A stretch of DNA of 64,000 nucleotides, from assembly GCA_018693795.1 (NCBI GenBank), contig JABHMJ010000022.1, positions 146-64,145 on the forward strand, given 5' to 3'. The notes beneath the pieces are model-generated. The model saw only the letters and a list, made by a program, of their open reading frames with translations. It was not told the DNA's origin and made no database searches. Both the position numbers and the translations under genes were made by a program. Of this stretch, positions 46,886-56,383 are shown piece by piece; position 1 is the first letter of the stretch; every line of letters starts with the position of its first letter. The DNA comes from Candidatus Woesearchaeota archaeon (lineage in GTDB: Archaea; Nanobdellota; Nanobdellia; SCGC-AAA011-G17; PNOQ01).

Positions 46886-48319
46886 ATGAAACAAACAAAA
46901 TTTACAAAAATCATAACATTATTCGCAATTTTCTTAATCTTATTAAATACTGTTTCTGCGTTAAAAATTTCAACTAGTGAAATAAATGATGTAGACCAAG
47001 GGGATAATGTTTATTTCGACGTAGAAATTGGATTATCTAGGATAGACATAATTCAATTGGTAAATGATGATATTTTTATTAGACATGCAAAATTAACAAT
47101 AACTGGTCCAAACGGATTTTATGAAACTTGTTTTGTAAAAGATGGACAATTAGTTGACTGTGATTTAGATCTTTCTGTTAAAGAGGTTATTTCTCAAAAT
47201 AAAGATCAAATTACTTATCAATTTGTTTGGAACACTCTAAGTGGGATTGAAAAAGGAACATATAATGTTAATGGGGAATTATACTTAACAAAAACTCTTG
47301 ATGCTCAATATTCTTATTGCGATATATTAGTTGGCAGGTATCAAGCATTATCTAGTTTTGATCATGTTTTACTGTATGATTCAACTTTAGATTTAAATAA
47401 TGATAATATAGTTAATTTATCGGATTTGGTTATTTTCCAATCAAACCCTATGTACAGACAAGATGGGGAATTATTTGGAAGATTTCAAGGATTTTTTATG
47501 TTGAATAAAGAATATAGGGAGTATAATTCAATGCTGGATTTGAACGAAGATGGCATCATTAACTTATCCGATTTAGTATTATTATCTCAAGAATTGGGAA
47601 ATGATAAATTAGATTTAAATGGAGATGGGATAGAAAATTTATCAGATATTGTTATACTTGCACAATATTTTGAAACAGAAAATTTAGAGTTAGATTGGAA
47701 TAATGATGGAATTGTTAATCTTTCAGATATCATATTAATAACACAATATATGGAAAATGGCAATTTAGAACTTGATATGAATGGAGATGACATTTTCAAC
47801 TTAAGTGACATCGTTATAATTTCAGAAATATATTCTAATTCAAAAATTTCAACTGAGTATGAAAGATCTTTAGACTTGGATGGAAATGGAATTGTTAATC
47901 TTTCAGATATTATTATACTTGCACAAAACATTGAAGGCTCATTTGAATTAGAAGATCTAAATGAAGATGGAATACTTGATTTAACAGAAACCATCATTGC
48001 TGCCAATGGAATAAATAATGAGGAATGGTGTGCAATGCAATTAGAAAAGATAGATGGTCTTGTTACAATATTTAATTCAGAAGAACAATCATTTGAGATA
48101 ACTTCAAGATCTTCAAATGGAGGATCTAGAAATCATGATGATGACAACTCTGCTGGAGATGACTACCAAGATTATGAATCTGGAGATGAATATGAAGGAA
48201 CATATACTCCATTTACAGAAACAAACTATTTGATGGATAATTTGTGGTCTTTAGTATTTTATCTGATTGCCATTATTGTTTCATTTAGTGGAATAGTGAT
48301 AGTTTCAAAAAAACTTTAA
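46886..48319 (+). CDS. secreted cell-surface protein with about eight dockerin-like Ca-binding repeats and C-terminal TM anchor
   Basis: Signal peptide, then repeated DLNxDGxxNLSDxVxLxQ motifs (dockerin type I-like), an acidic/Ser-rich linker, a TM helix and an SKKL tail. Confidence 0.6.
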   Translation: MKQTKFTKIITLFAIFLILLNTVSALKISTSEINDVDQGDNVYFDVEIGLSRIDIIQLVNDDIFIRHAKLTITGPNGFYETCFVKDGQLVDCDLDLSVKEVISQNKDQITYQFVWNTLSGIEKGTYNVNGELYLTKTLDAQYSYCDILVGRYQALSSFDHVLLYDSTLDLNNDNIVNLSDLVIFQSNPMYRQDGELFGRFQGFFMLNKEYREYNSMLDLNEDGIINLSDLVLLSQELGNDKLDLNGDGIENLSDIVILAQYFETENLELDWNNDGIVNLSDIILITQYMENGNLELDMNGDDIFNLSDIVIISEIYSNSKISTEYERSLDLDGNGIVNLSDIIILAQNIEGSFELEDLNEDGILDLTETIIAANGINNEEWCAMQLEKIDGLVTIFNSEEQSFEITSRSSNGGSRNHDDDNSAGDDYQDYESGDEYEGTYTPFTETNYLMDNLWSLVFYLIAIIVSFSGIVIVSKKL

Positions 48320-48325
48320 TTTTTT

Positions 48326-48640
48326 TTATTTTTCACAAATTACTTGCATTGGAAACGATTCAGTAAAATCGCAAATTAAAGATTCGCATTTTAAGCAAGG
48401 ATCGCCCTGATAACAAATTGGTTCATCTTCAAAGTTATAACAATTAAAACTTTCTGGACAATTATTCATATAATCACATTTTATTGTTTCTGGACATTCT
48501 TCAAAATTACAATTATTATTTGAATCTCTTGAAACAAATGTTCCATCTTGACACATCTTTGCTTCTTCGGTACAAGCTAAAGGTTCACCCATACAAGAAG
48601 AAATCAATACTGTTGCTAAAATTAATAATAATATTTTCAT
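48326..48640 (-). CDS. Cys-rich secreted lipoprotein-like protein (104 aa, about 17 Cys)
   Basis: Lipobox-like LISSC followed by CxxC/CNFEEC-type Cys spacing. Confidence 0.45.
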   Translation of the reverse strand: MKILLLILATVLISSCMGEPLACTEEAKMCQDGTFVSRDSNNNCNFEECPETIKCDYMNNCPESFNCYNFEDEPICYQGDPCLKCESLICDFTESFPMQVICEK

Positions 48641-49167
48641 TTTTCTATTTTTTTATAGCCAATCCACATTATTATGATTAGCTCAACTAATATTACTAAG
48701 GCTCTCCATATCTTGCTTAAATCTGAGAATGCACGTATTGTTCCATAAAATAAAACAATTAAACCTGCAAACATTAAACCTGCACCCATATAATCTGTTT
48801 TAAAATACAACCCTAGAATTACTAATATTAGGCCAATTGGGGCTATGATAAAAAATAAGTTTCTATTGTATTTTTCTTTTGCATCTTGATATTCGTTATT
48901 ACAAAAATCACATTCTTTGAATTCATTACATCCTTGATCATTTGTTTCTAGAATTGGATTTCCATTTTCTTCTAAACAACTTTGATAATCTGGACCATAG
49001 TCAAAATTACATTCTTCAATTGGTTTTACATTTGTTGGGAAAAAACGTTGTCCACTACAAAAATCATCGTAATCTGGAGAAGAATAAATTGCATCAACAA
49101 ATAACCCTACAAATAGTGGGAGAAGTATTGCTATCCCCAAAATCATGGCTAATTTTTTTGGATCCAT
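48637..49167 (-). CDS. Cys-rich membrane protein (paralogous Cys domain plus 2 C-terminal TM)
   Basis: N-terminal TM; extracellular Cys-rich domain sharing an ECNF motif with the adjacent gene; 4-nt overlap coupling. Confidence 0.45.
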   Translation of the reverse strand: MDPKKLAMILGIAILLPLFVGLFVDAIYSSPDYDDFCSGQRFFPTNVKPIEECNFDYGPDYQSCLEENGNPILETNDQGCNEFKECDFCNNEYQDAKEKYNRNLFFIIAPIGLILVILGLYFKTDYMGAGLMFAGLIVLFYGTIRAFSDLSKIWRALVILVELIIIMWIGYKKIEK

Positions 49168-49303
49168 AATTTAATGTTTATTTTTTTATTTATATAATTT
49201 GGGGTGTGGCCCAAATTGGGCCAAGAAAATATTAAACGGAGGTAATCCTTTATTGTGTGTGACCCTTTTTAAATAAAATGAAGATAAAATATGGAAGTGA
49301 GTT

Positions 49304-49531
49304 CTATATATTTAGCAAGATAGAATAATTATCTGGAGCGAATTCTGCTACAAATCTCTCTGCATTTGCTTTTGCTTGTTTCAATAATTCAGAATTATTA
49401 TCCGTTATTGTTTCAGTAACAAGATACTGCATTCCACCAAAAAGTTTTATATCTTCTATAAACTCTTTTCTTGAAATTGTATGCATCCCGGATTCTGCTT
49501 TTAGAAAATTTAATTTATATTCTATTGTCAT
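49304..49531 (-). CDS. hypothetical protein (75 aa)
   Basis: ORF only. Confidence 0.3.
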   Translation of the reverse strand: MTIEYKLNFLKAESGMHTISRKEFIEDIKLFGGMQYLVTETITDNNSELLKQAKANAERFVAEFAPDNYSILLNI

Positions 49532-49567
49532 AATCTTGGTATAGATAATTTATTTATAATTCTTATG

Positions 49568-50281
49568 TTACTTCTTTCTGAAAGATTTAGAAATTGAATC
49601 ATTCCAAAATTCAGGCAACCCTGCTTTCATTAAACCTTCAAATTCATCGGATATTACATAAAAATGTTCTTTTTTGTTTTTTATTTCAGAAAAAGAATTT
49701 CCAACTTTAATAAACATGTCTTGCAAAGCTTTTCTTTCGAATCTCGTTTGAAGTAAAGATGGTTCTTTGAATAATAAAATATCACAAAGTCTTAAAACAT
49801 TTAGATCTAGCATTGCAGAGTTTTGGGTTATGAATATCAATGAAAGATTTTTATGTCTTGCTATTGCCAATAGCTCTGCTAAATCTTTATTTGATTGTTT
49901 CATGGATGATCTTGAAGAAAACGAAATCCCCGCCTCATCAATTAATACTAAAGAATTATTTGGTATTTCTGATATGCTTTCTACATTTTGTACCCAATAA
50001 GGTATTTTTGAATTATTGAATCCAATTACAAAAATATTTTTATCCAATATTGCTGCAGTTTCAACTAATTTCATTCCTAACGCAGTTTTTCCTGCGCCCC
50101 TTCTTCCGACTATTAGCATAATTAAAGAGTGATCCCTAAATTGTGTCATGAATCCTTCAAAATCCCCATTAACAATTTGATTTACTTCAAAATTTGATAA
50201 AGCAGAATTAAACCTATCTTTTTGTGTTATTTTATGTTTCTCTTCTTTTTGTTTTTTATATTTTTTAATTGGATTGAACAT
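49568..50281 (-). CDS. P-loop NTPase (AAA+/IstB-DnaC-like minimal ATPase), unknown function
   Basis: Walker A VGRRGAGKT, Walker B LVLIDEAG, and sensor-like ITQN. Confidence 0.55.
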   Translation of the reverse strand: MFNPIKKYKKQKEEKHKITQKDRFNSALSNFEVNQIVNGDFEGFMTQFRDHSLIMLIVGRRGAGKTALGMKLVETAAILDKNIFVIGFNNSKIPYWVQNVESISEIPNNSLVLIDEAGISFSSRSSMKQSNKDLAELLAIARHKNLSLIFITQNSAMLDLNVLRLCDILLFKEPSLLQTRFERKALQDMFIKVGNSFSEIKNKKEHFYVISDEFEGLMKAGLPEFWNDSISKSFRKK

Positions 50282-50323
50282 TAAGGTATTTGTAAAAAAG
50301 AAATATAAAAGTATTTTGTAAGT

Positions 50324-50647
50324 CTATAAGTCTATTTTCTTAGCATACTCGCCGATTACTGGTATGTATTTTTTCTCACCAGATAATGCATACGTCCAGT
50401 TGTATACCCATGCAACAAATACTAAAACTCTTAACCCTAAAGCAATTACCCACCCTAGGATTGGAATCCATCCAAGAATAGTTAATATTATCGAAGACAA
50501 TACTGCGAAGAGGAATATCACAAGACTTTGCTTTGCATAGTGCATTACATACTTATCTTTCTTCCATAACAATAATGCAGTAATAAATCCAAATATACTA
50601 AAAAAAGTTGTTATAAATGCATTAGTCCTTGATTTCTTTCTAATCAT
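50324..50647 (-). CDS. small membrane protein (DUF4870-like)
   Basis: 2-3 TM helices with a YAKQS motif. Confidence 0.35.
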   Translation of the reverse strand: MIRKKSRTNAFITTFFSIFGFITALLLWKKDKYVMHYAKQSLVIFLFAVLSSIILTILGWIPILGWVIALGLRVLVFVAWVYNWTYALSGEKKYIPVIGEYAKKIDL

Positions 50648-50698
50648 TATTAGAATTCCATTTTTATTTTATTTAAATGTTTTGAAAAAAGAAAAAAA

Positions 50699-51352
50699 TT
50701 AAGAGGCTAATTCGGCCTCAATTATTTGTTCAAAAACACTAAATGGTTGCGCACCACTCACTAAAATTCCATTAACAAATGTTGCTGGAGTTCCACGTAC
50801 ACCTGCTGCAGAACCATCTTTTATGTCATTTTGAATTTCATCATAGTATTTTCCAGAATCTAAACATACATCAAACTCATTTTGGTTTAAACCTAAATTT
50901 GCTGCGTATTGTTTAAATGAGGTTATTCCTCCAGTTACACCAGATTCAAATAACATATTGTGCATTTCATAATATTTCTCTTGATCTCCAGCACACTCTG
51001 CTGATTCAGCTGCCTTTTGAGCGTTTGTATGTAAACTTAGTGGAAAGTCCCTATAGACGAATTTTACTTTTCCAGTTTCAACATATTTTTCTTTTATTTG
51101 TTGTAATGCATCAGTATAAAATCTTCCACAAAATGGGCATTCATAATCACTGAATTCAATTATTGTTACCGGGGCATTTGCGTCTCCTAAAAAATCATCA
51201 TCATCTGCAGAAACCTGTATCCGCGTAGGTTGTCCTGTTGCTTGTCCTGTTGGAGGACTATTTTGTAAATCAGTTTTTGAATTAGAAATGAAACTAATTA
51301 TCAATACAATAGCCAAAACTCCTATAATTATTTTTAATCCTTTGTTTTCCAT
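50699..51352 (-). CDS. DsbA-like thiol:disulfide oxidoreductase (thioredoxin fold, membrane-anchored)
   Basis: N-terminal TM, CPFC active site and a helical insert. Confidence 0.75.
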   Translation of the reverse strand: MENKGLKIIIGVLAIVLIISFISNSKTDLQNSPPTGQATGQPTRIQVSADDDDFLGDANAPVTIIEFSDYECPFCGRFYTDALQQIKEKYVETGKVKFVYRDFPLSLHTNAQKAAESAECAGDQEKYYEMHNMLFESGVTGGITSFKQYAANLGLNQNEFDVCLDSGKYYDEIQNDIKDGSAAGVRGTPATFVNGILVSGAQPFSVFEQIIEAELAS

Positions 51353-51421
51353 ATTTCATCAACTCCTATTTATTTTTTTTAAAATTTTATTTAAAAAGAT
51401 TAAGGAGGATAAATCATTTAT

Positions 51422-53593
51422 CTATAATTTTTTCTTTCTTAATGCTAAAGAATTTAATATTACACTTACTGAAGACATTGCCATTGCTCCTCCGGCAATC
51501 ATTGGGTTTAACAACCATCCGGTAAATGAATAAAACACACCGGCTGCAACTGGAATTCCAAGTGTATTATAAAATAGTGCCCAAAACATGTTTTGTTTTA
51601 TTTTTGACATTGTTAATTTACTTAATCTTATTGCCTTTCCAACATCTAGCAAATTATTTCTCATTAATACAATGTTTCCTGTTTCCATTGCTACATCGGT
51701 TCCAGAACCCATTGCAATACCAATATCTGCTTGTGCTAAGGCTGGAGCATCATTTATTCCATCTCCCACCATTGCAACTTTTCCGTATTTTTGTAATTTT
51801 TTTACATAATTTGATTTATCTTCAGGGAGAACTTCAGCAAAAACATTTTTTATGCCTGCTTTTTTTGCAATTGCATTTGCAGTTCTTTTGTTATCTCCAG
51901 TAATCATGTAAACTTTTATACCCAATTTTTCCAAATATTTTATTGCAGTTGGAGATGTTTTCTTTATTGTATCTGCTACTGCGACCATGCCAATTAGTTT
52001 TTTTCCTTCAGCCAAAAACATTACAGTTTTTCCTTGTTCTTCTAAAGTCTCAAATTCATTCGAAATAATTTTTATTTTCAAATCTTTCATTAATTTTTGA
52101 TTTCCAAAATTGTATGTTTTTTTACCAATGTTTGCTTTAATTCCATGCCCAGGAATTGCATTGAAATTTGAAACTTTTTTTAGAATAATTTTGCTTTGCT
52201 TTGCTTTTTCAACTATCGCATCTGCCAATGGGTGTTCTGAATTTTTTTCTATGCTTCCTGCAATCATCAATAGTTCTTTTTCTGTTTTGTCTTTTGAAAT
52301 TATATCCGTCACTTCTGGAATTCCAGTTGTTATTGTTCCCGTTTTATCAAAAATTACATATTTTATTTTATGTGCAGTTTCTAAAGCATCTCCGCCTTTT
52401 ATCAAAATACCTTCCTTTGCTCCCTTACCCGTTCCAACCATTATTGCAGTTGGTGTTGCTAATCCTAAGGCACACGGACAGGCTATTACTAAAACCGCTA
52501 TGGCCGCAGTTAATGCAAACGTTAGGTCCGCATTAAACATTAATTTCCATGAAATGAATGTTATTATTGCAACTAATATTACTATTGGCACAAAATAAGA
52601 AGAAACCATATCTGCAAACCTTTGAATTGGTGCTTTTTTTCCTTGTGCTTCTTCTATTAATTTTATTATATGGGCAAGAGTTGTATTTTTTCCTATTTTT
52701 GTTGCTTTAAATTTGAATGAACCTTGTTTATTTATCGTCCCACCAATTACTCCATCTCCTTTCTTTTTTTCTATTGGCATACTCTCTCCAGTCACCATAG
52801 ATTCATTTATACTTGAAAATCCTTCTGTGATTATTCCATCTACTGGAATTTTTGCACCTGGTTTTATTAAGATTATATCTCCCAATTCTATCTCTTTTAA
52901 TGGAATTACTATTTCTTTTCCTTTTCTAATTACTATTGCTTTCTTTGGGGCCAGTTCCATTAATTTTTTTATTGCTCCAGAGGTTTTTGATTTTGCTAAT
53001 GCTTCTAAATATTTTCCCAATAAAACCAATGTGATTAAGACTGCAGATGCTTCAAAGTATTGTGCGTGACTTGAAGTAAATAATACTGCATATACACTAA
53101 AAAAGTATGCGGCACTTGTACCAATTGCAATTAGACTATCCATATTTGCACTTTTGTTTTTTAATGCTGCCCAAGATCCTTTGTAGAATTGGGCCCCAGC
53201 AATAAATTGTACTGGAGTCGCTAAGATCCACAATATATATTCTTCAAAAGGCATGGATATTCCTAACCACATAAATACCATTCCAATTACAAAGGTTGGG
53301 ATTGCAAATAATGAACTAAAGAAGAATAAGTTTCTTAGTTTTTTAATTTCTTTTTTTTGAGATTGAAGATCAATCCCATCTTTAAGTTGGGATGCACCAT
53401 ACCCTCTTTTTTTAATTATGCCTATTAAATTTTCTTCTTTTATTTTTTTTGGATCGTATTCTATTGTTGCTTTTTCAGTTGTTAAATTAACATTTGCGTT
53501 GATAACTCCTTTCTCTTTTTTTAATCCTTTTTCTATTACAGTAACGCAACTAGCACAATGCATTCCCTTAATTTGTAATTCTGTTTTTTTCAT
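51422..53593 (-). CDS. copA: copper-translocating P1B-type ATPase
   Basis: N-terminal HMA (GMHCASC), TM CPC motif, DKTGT phosphorylation site, and GDGxND. Confidence 0.95.
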   Translation of the reverse strand: MKKTELQIKGMHCASCVTVIEKGLKKEKGVINANVNLTTEKATIEYDPKKIKEENLIGIIKKRGYGASQLKDGIDLQSQKKEIKKLRNLFFFSSLFAIPTFVIGMVFMWLGISMPFEEYILWILATPVQFIAGAQFYKGSWAALKNKSANMDSLIAIGTSAAYFFSVYAVLFTSSHAQYFEASAVLITLVLLGKYLEALAKSKTSGAIKKLMELAPKKAIVIRKGKEIVIPLKEIELGDIILIKPGAKIPVDGIITEGFSSINESMVTGESMPIEKKKGDGVIGGTINKQGSFKFKATKIGKNTTLAHIIKLIEEAQGKKAPIQRFADMVSSYFVPIVILVAIITFISWKLMFNADLTFALTAAIAVLVIACPCALGLATPTAIMVGTGKGAKEGILIKGGDALETAHKIKYVIFDKTGTITTGIPEVTDIISKDKTEKELLMIAGSIEKNSEHPLADAIVEKAKQSKIILKKVSNFNAIPGHGIKANIGKKTYNFGNQKLMKDLKIKIISNEFETLEEQGKTVMFLAEGKKLIGMVAVADTIKKTSPTAIKYLEKLGIKVYMITGDNKRTANAIAKKAGIKNVFAEVLPEDKSNYVKKLQKYGKVAMVGDGINDAPALAQADIGIAMGSGTDVAMETGNIVLMRNNLLDVGKAIRLSKLTMSKIKQNMFWALFYNTLGIPVAAGVFYSFTGWLLNPMIAGGAMAMSSVSVILNSLALRKKKL

Positions 53594-53628
53594 TGTTATT
53601 TATGTCCTTCTGTTATTTATATCTTTAT

Positions 53629-54084
53629 TCAAAATCTGAAAGCCCCATTTGCTAATTCAGATTCACTTATTAAAATATGGTCTCCTTCAATTTTATTTTC
53701 TAAAAATGATGGCCAACATCCTCCTCCACGGTTTTCTGTACCAATAGAATCTATACTAAATACTCTTCCACAATTATTGCATACCATGTCTGTACCCTCT
53801 TGTCTATACCCCTTATATCCACCACAAACATCACAAGCATCGAAGGCCGATCTTATTTCCCCATTAGATCCTTTAACTAAAAAATATTTTACTTCTTTCC
53901 CATTTACATCAAATGAATAGTGTTTTGCAGTTTCTGAAATTTCAGAAATCGGTATTTTTATGAAAGCATCATTTGAAATTATATTTCCTGTTGGGTTTCC
54001 CTTTTGAGTAGGATTACTAGTAGTGCACCCACTCACCAAAATAATTGTTAATAAAATTATTCCATATATTATTTTATTGTTCAT
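53629..54084 (-). CDS. DUF2318-like Cys-rich lipoprotein (metal-binding, permease-associated)
   Basis: Start set at MNNK with lipobox VSGC. Contains FDACDVCGGY...CNNCG motifs. Confidence 0.5.
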   Translation of the reverse strand: MNNKIIYGIILLTIILVSGCTTSNPTQKGNPTGNIISNDAFIKIPISEISETAKHYSFDVNGKEVKYFLVKGSNGEIRSAFDACDVCGGYKGYRQEGTDMVCNNCGRVFSIDSIGTENRGGGCWPSFLENKIEGDHILISESELANGAFRF

Positions 54085-54085
54085 C

Positions 54086-55507
54086 TTATCCTCCACACCC
54101 GCATCCCCCGCCAGATGCCCCGCATGAGCCACCTTGAGGAACTTGAATATCATTTATTTTATTTGAATCTAAATTTGTTAAATCATCTACCACTACAAAA
54201 GTCCCTGGGATCATTCCCATCCAACAACTCCAAGAGATTACCCCCGTAGTCGTAGGCGTAAATTCTATTGTTTGTTCTCCAGGGGTTACTTTAAAATTTA
54301 AATTGTATTTTGGAACTTGGATTGCATTGTTACATCCATTTATTTCTTTTCCATCTATTATCCATTTTACTGGAATTCCTTTTTGTAAAACAAATTTATC
54401 TGGAGACCAACCATATCTATTCACTTCCATTCTAATCTCTTGATAATTCCCATTTAGGGTTGCTAATTCATTTGAAGGCAAATTTTCATAATTTGTTGAT
54501 TTTACTGTTGCGCCAACAATTAATGAATCATAGTCATACCCTGAACCCGTTAGAGATAGCCCCCGATTAATCATGACTATTCCAAGAATCATGACCACTA
54601 CTGCAGAGACTTTTAGGATTTTTTTTGTTGATGATGCACTAATTATCGATGTCATTATCCCAAAACCCAGTAAAACTGGTAGGGTTCCTAATCCAAATGC
54701 AGTCAAACTTAATGCTCCTTGCAACATACTTCCTGTGCCTGCCGCATAAATGTACATAGCTTGCAACGGACCGCATGCGATCATTAGACTATTCAATAAT
54801 CCAATTTTTAATGGACTTCTTGATTTTTGAGTTTCTTTCGAAGCAAATTTATTTAAGAAACTTGGAGATTTAATTCTTATTTTTCTTAACCAAGGAAATA
54901 TATTTAACATGTTCAATCCAAAAATTACTAGGAAAAGTCCTGCTAATATTGCAGCATATCCTCTTAAATTTGGGGTGAACGCAATAAACGATCCAAACAG
55001 TCCAAATATTCCCCCAATTATTGCATACCCTGTTGTTTTTCCTAAACCATATTCTAGGTGTGCACGAGTTTTCGATTTTGCTTTTGTAGCATAAGAGATT
55101 ACAAATCCCCCACACATGCCAATACAATGAAATCCAGTTAATAACCCAAGTACAAATAACAAAGCTAAAGAGGTTTCCTGAGATAAATCTGGGAAAAAAT
55201 CAAATCCCCCTGTATTTTCTAAAATTAGGTATGCACCAATCAATAAGAATGCTATTGATATTGCAATTGTAAGATATAACCTACTTTTTTTTGGTTTTAT
55301 TTCACTTGGAGAGTATCCAGATTCATCAATTATATTAAATATTTTTTCTTTAGATATTTTTTCTTCATCGAATCTAATGTTTAATTTACTTGACTCATAA
55401 TTTGCTTTTACTTCTTGAATCCCTTCTTTTTTTTCTAATGCTCTTTCTAATATTTTTTCACAGCTCCCGCAAGTCATCCCAGAAATATATATTATTTTTT
55501 CAGTCAT
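54086..55507 (-). CDS. fusion protein: N-terminal HMA domain, polytopic permease (DsbD_2/TauE-like, HCIGMCGG motif), C-terminal cupredoxin-like domain with Cys/Gly tail
   Basis: GMTCGSC HMA motif; about 8 TM helices; C-terminal beta-rich domain (TTGVISWSCWMGMIPG) ending SCGASGGGCGCGG. Confidence 0.6.
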   Translation of the reverse strand: MTEKIIYISGMTCGSCEKILERALEKKEGIQEVKANYESSKLNIRFDEEKISKEKIFNIIDESGYSPSEIKPKKSRLYLTIAISIAFLLIGAYLILENTGGFDFFPDLSQETSLALLFVLGLLTGFHCIGMCGGFVISYATKAKSKTRAHLEYGLGKTTGYAIIGGIFGLFGSFIAFTPNLRGYAAILAGLFLVIFGLNMLNIFPWLRKIRIKSPSFLNKFASKETQKSRSPLKIGLLNSLMIACGPLQAMYIYAAGTGSMLQGALSLTAFGLGTLPVLLGFGIMTSIISASSTKKILKVSAVVVMILGIVMINRGLSLTGSGYDYDSLIVGATVKSTNYENLPSNELATLNGNYQEIRMEVNRYGWSPDKFVLQKGIPVKWIIDGKEINGCNNAIQVPKYNLNFKVTPGEQTIEFTPTTTGVISWSCWMGMIPGTFVVVDDLTNLDSNKINDIQVPQGGSCGASGGGCGCGG

Positions 55508-55707
55508 ATTTTATATCCCTCTGCCATTATTTTCTTTTTTATTTTATCCACCATATCATTAGATCCATCAAATTCAATAGAAACCCTTTCTTTTTCATGG
55601 TCTGGGGTTGCAGTTTTTACTCCAGAGATTTCTTCTAATTCTTCTTTCAAAAGTATTTCGCAACTTTTGCAATGCATGCCTTTTACTTTTATTTTTTCTA
55701 AAACCAT
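55504..55707 (-). CDS. copZ: copper chaperone CopZ (HMA domain)
   Basis: 67 aa with GMHCKSC. Confidence 0.85.
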   Translation of the reverse strand: MVLEKIKVKGMHCKSCEILLKEELEEISGVKTATPDHEKERVSIEFDGSNDMVDKIKKKIMAEGYKI

Positions 55708-55775
55708 TATCTATTTGTAGGTGAAACACCTTAAAAGGAATTGTATGAAACTAGTTTCATTTTATAAATAAATTG

Positions 55776-56234
55776 TTAATTATGTTTAAGAATTACTACG
55801 TTTGTCATTCCTCTTCGTTTTCTTTCTATCTTTCCTTTTCCTTCCAATCTATCTAAAATTCTTGTAATCTTAACTTTGTTCATGTTTGTTTTCTCTGTTA
55901 ATTCAGATTGAAATATTGTTCCTTCTGCATTTAATATTTCATTTAATAATATTTTTTCATCTTCTGAAAATTTACTTAAATCTAGTTCCTTGGATTTTTC
56001 TTTACTTTTCTCTTTTGCAAAGAAAATTAAATATAATCCAGTTAAAATAATTACAATCATTATTCCTAAACTTATATTTGTTTGAAATCTTATTGAAGTC
56101 CACATTGCACATTCAGACCCATGAGAGCAAGTAGTATTAACAATTTCAGTTAGAGCTTTGTTAAAAGCACTAATTATGAATCCGATTAATACAGCGATTC
56201 CAATTATTATATATCCAGTAGTTTTGTTTTTCAT
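55776..56234 (-). CDS. membrane-anchored winged-helix transcriptional regulator (paralog of 57051..57464)
   Basis: Two N-terminal TM helices flank a CSHGSEC loop; C-terminal wHTH (KVKITRILDRLEGKGKIERK). Confidence 0.55.
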   Translation of the reverse strand: MKNKTTGYIIIGIAVLIGFIISAFNKALTEIVNTTCSHGSECAMWTSIRFQTNISLGIMIVIILTGLYLIFFAKEKSKEKSKELDLSKFSEDEKILLNEILNAEGTIFQSELTEKTNMNKVKITRILDRLEGKGKIERKRRGMTNVVILKHN

Positions 56235-56383
56235 GGTTTTAATGCAAAATGGAGGGTATAAAAGATTTATGATTTGTTGATTTCAAAAATTTGTTTGTTT
56301 GTTTCAATAATTTTCAACTGGTTTCAATAAAATAGTTATCTGGTTTCACCCATTATACTGGATACATTTGGAGGAAAATAAAA

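Noticed and set aside
47587-48006. 139-aa minus-strand ORF inside the dockerin-repeat gene
   Set aside because: Antisense to the repeat region, with Ser-rich low-complexity translation.
51526-53069. Several plus-strand ORFs (51526-51903, 52110-52598, 52713-53069) within copA
   Set aside because: Antisense to a canonical P-type ATPase with all catalytic motifs.
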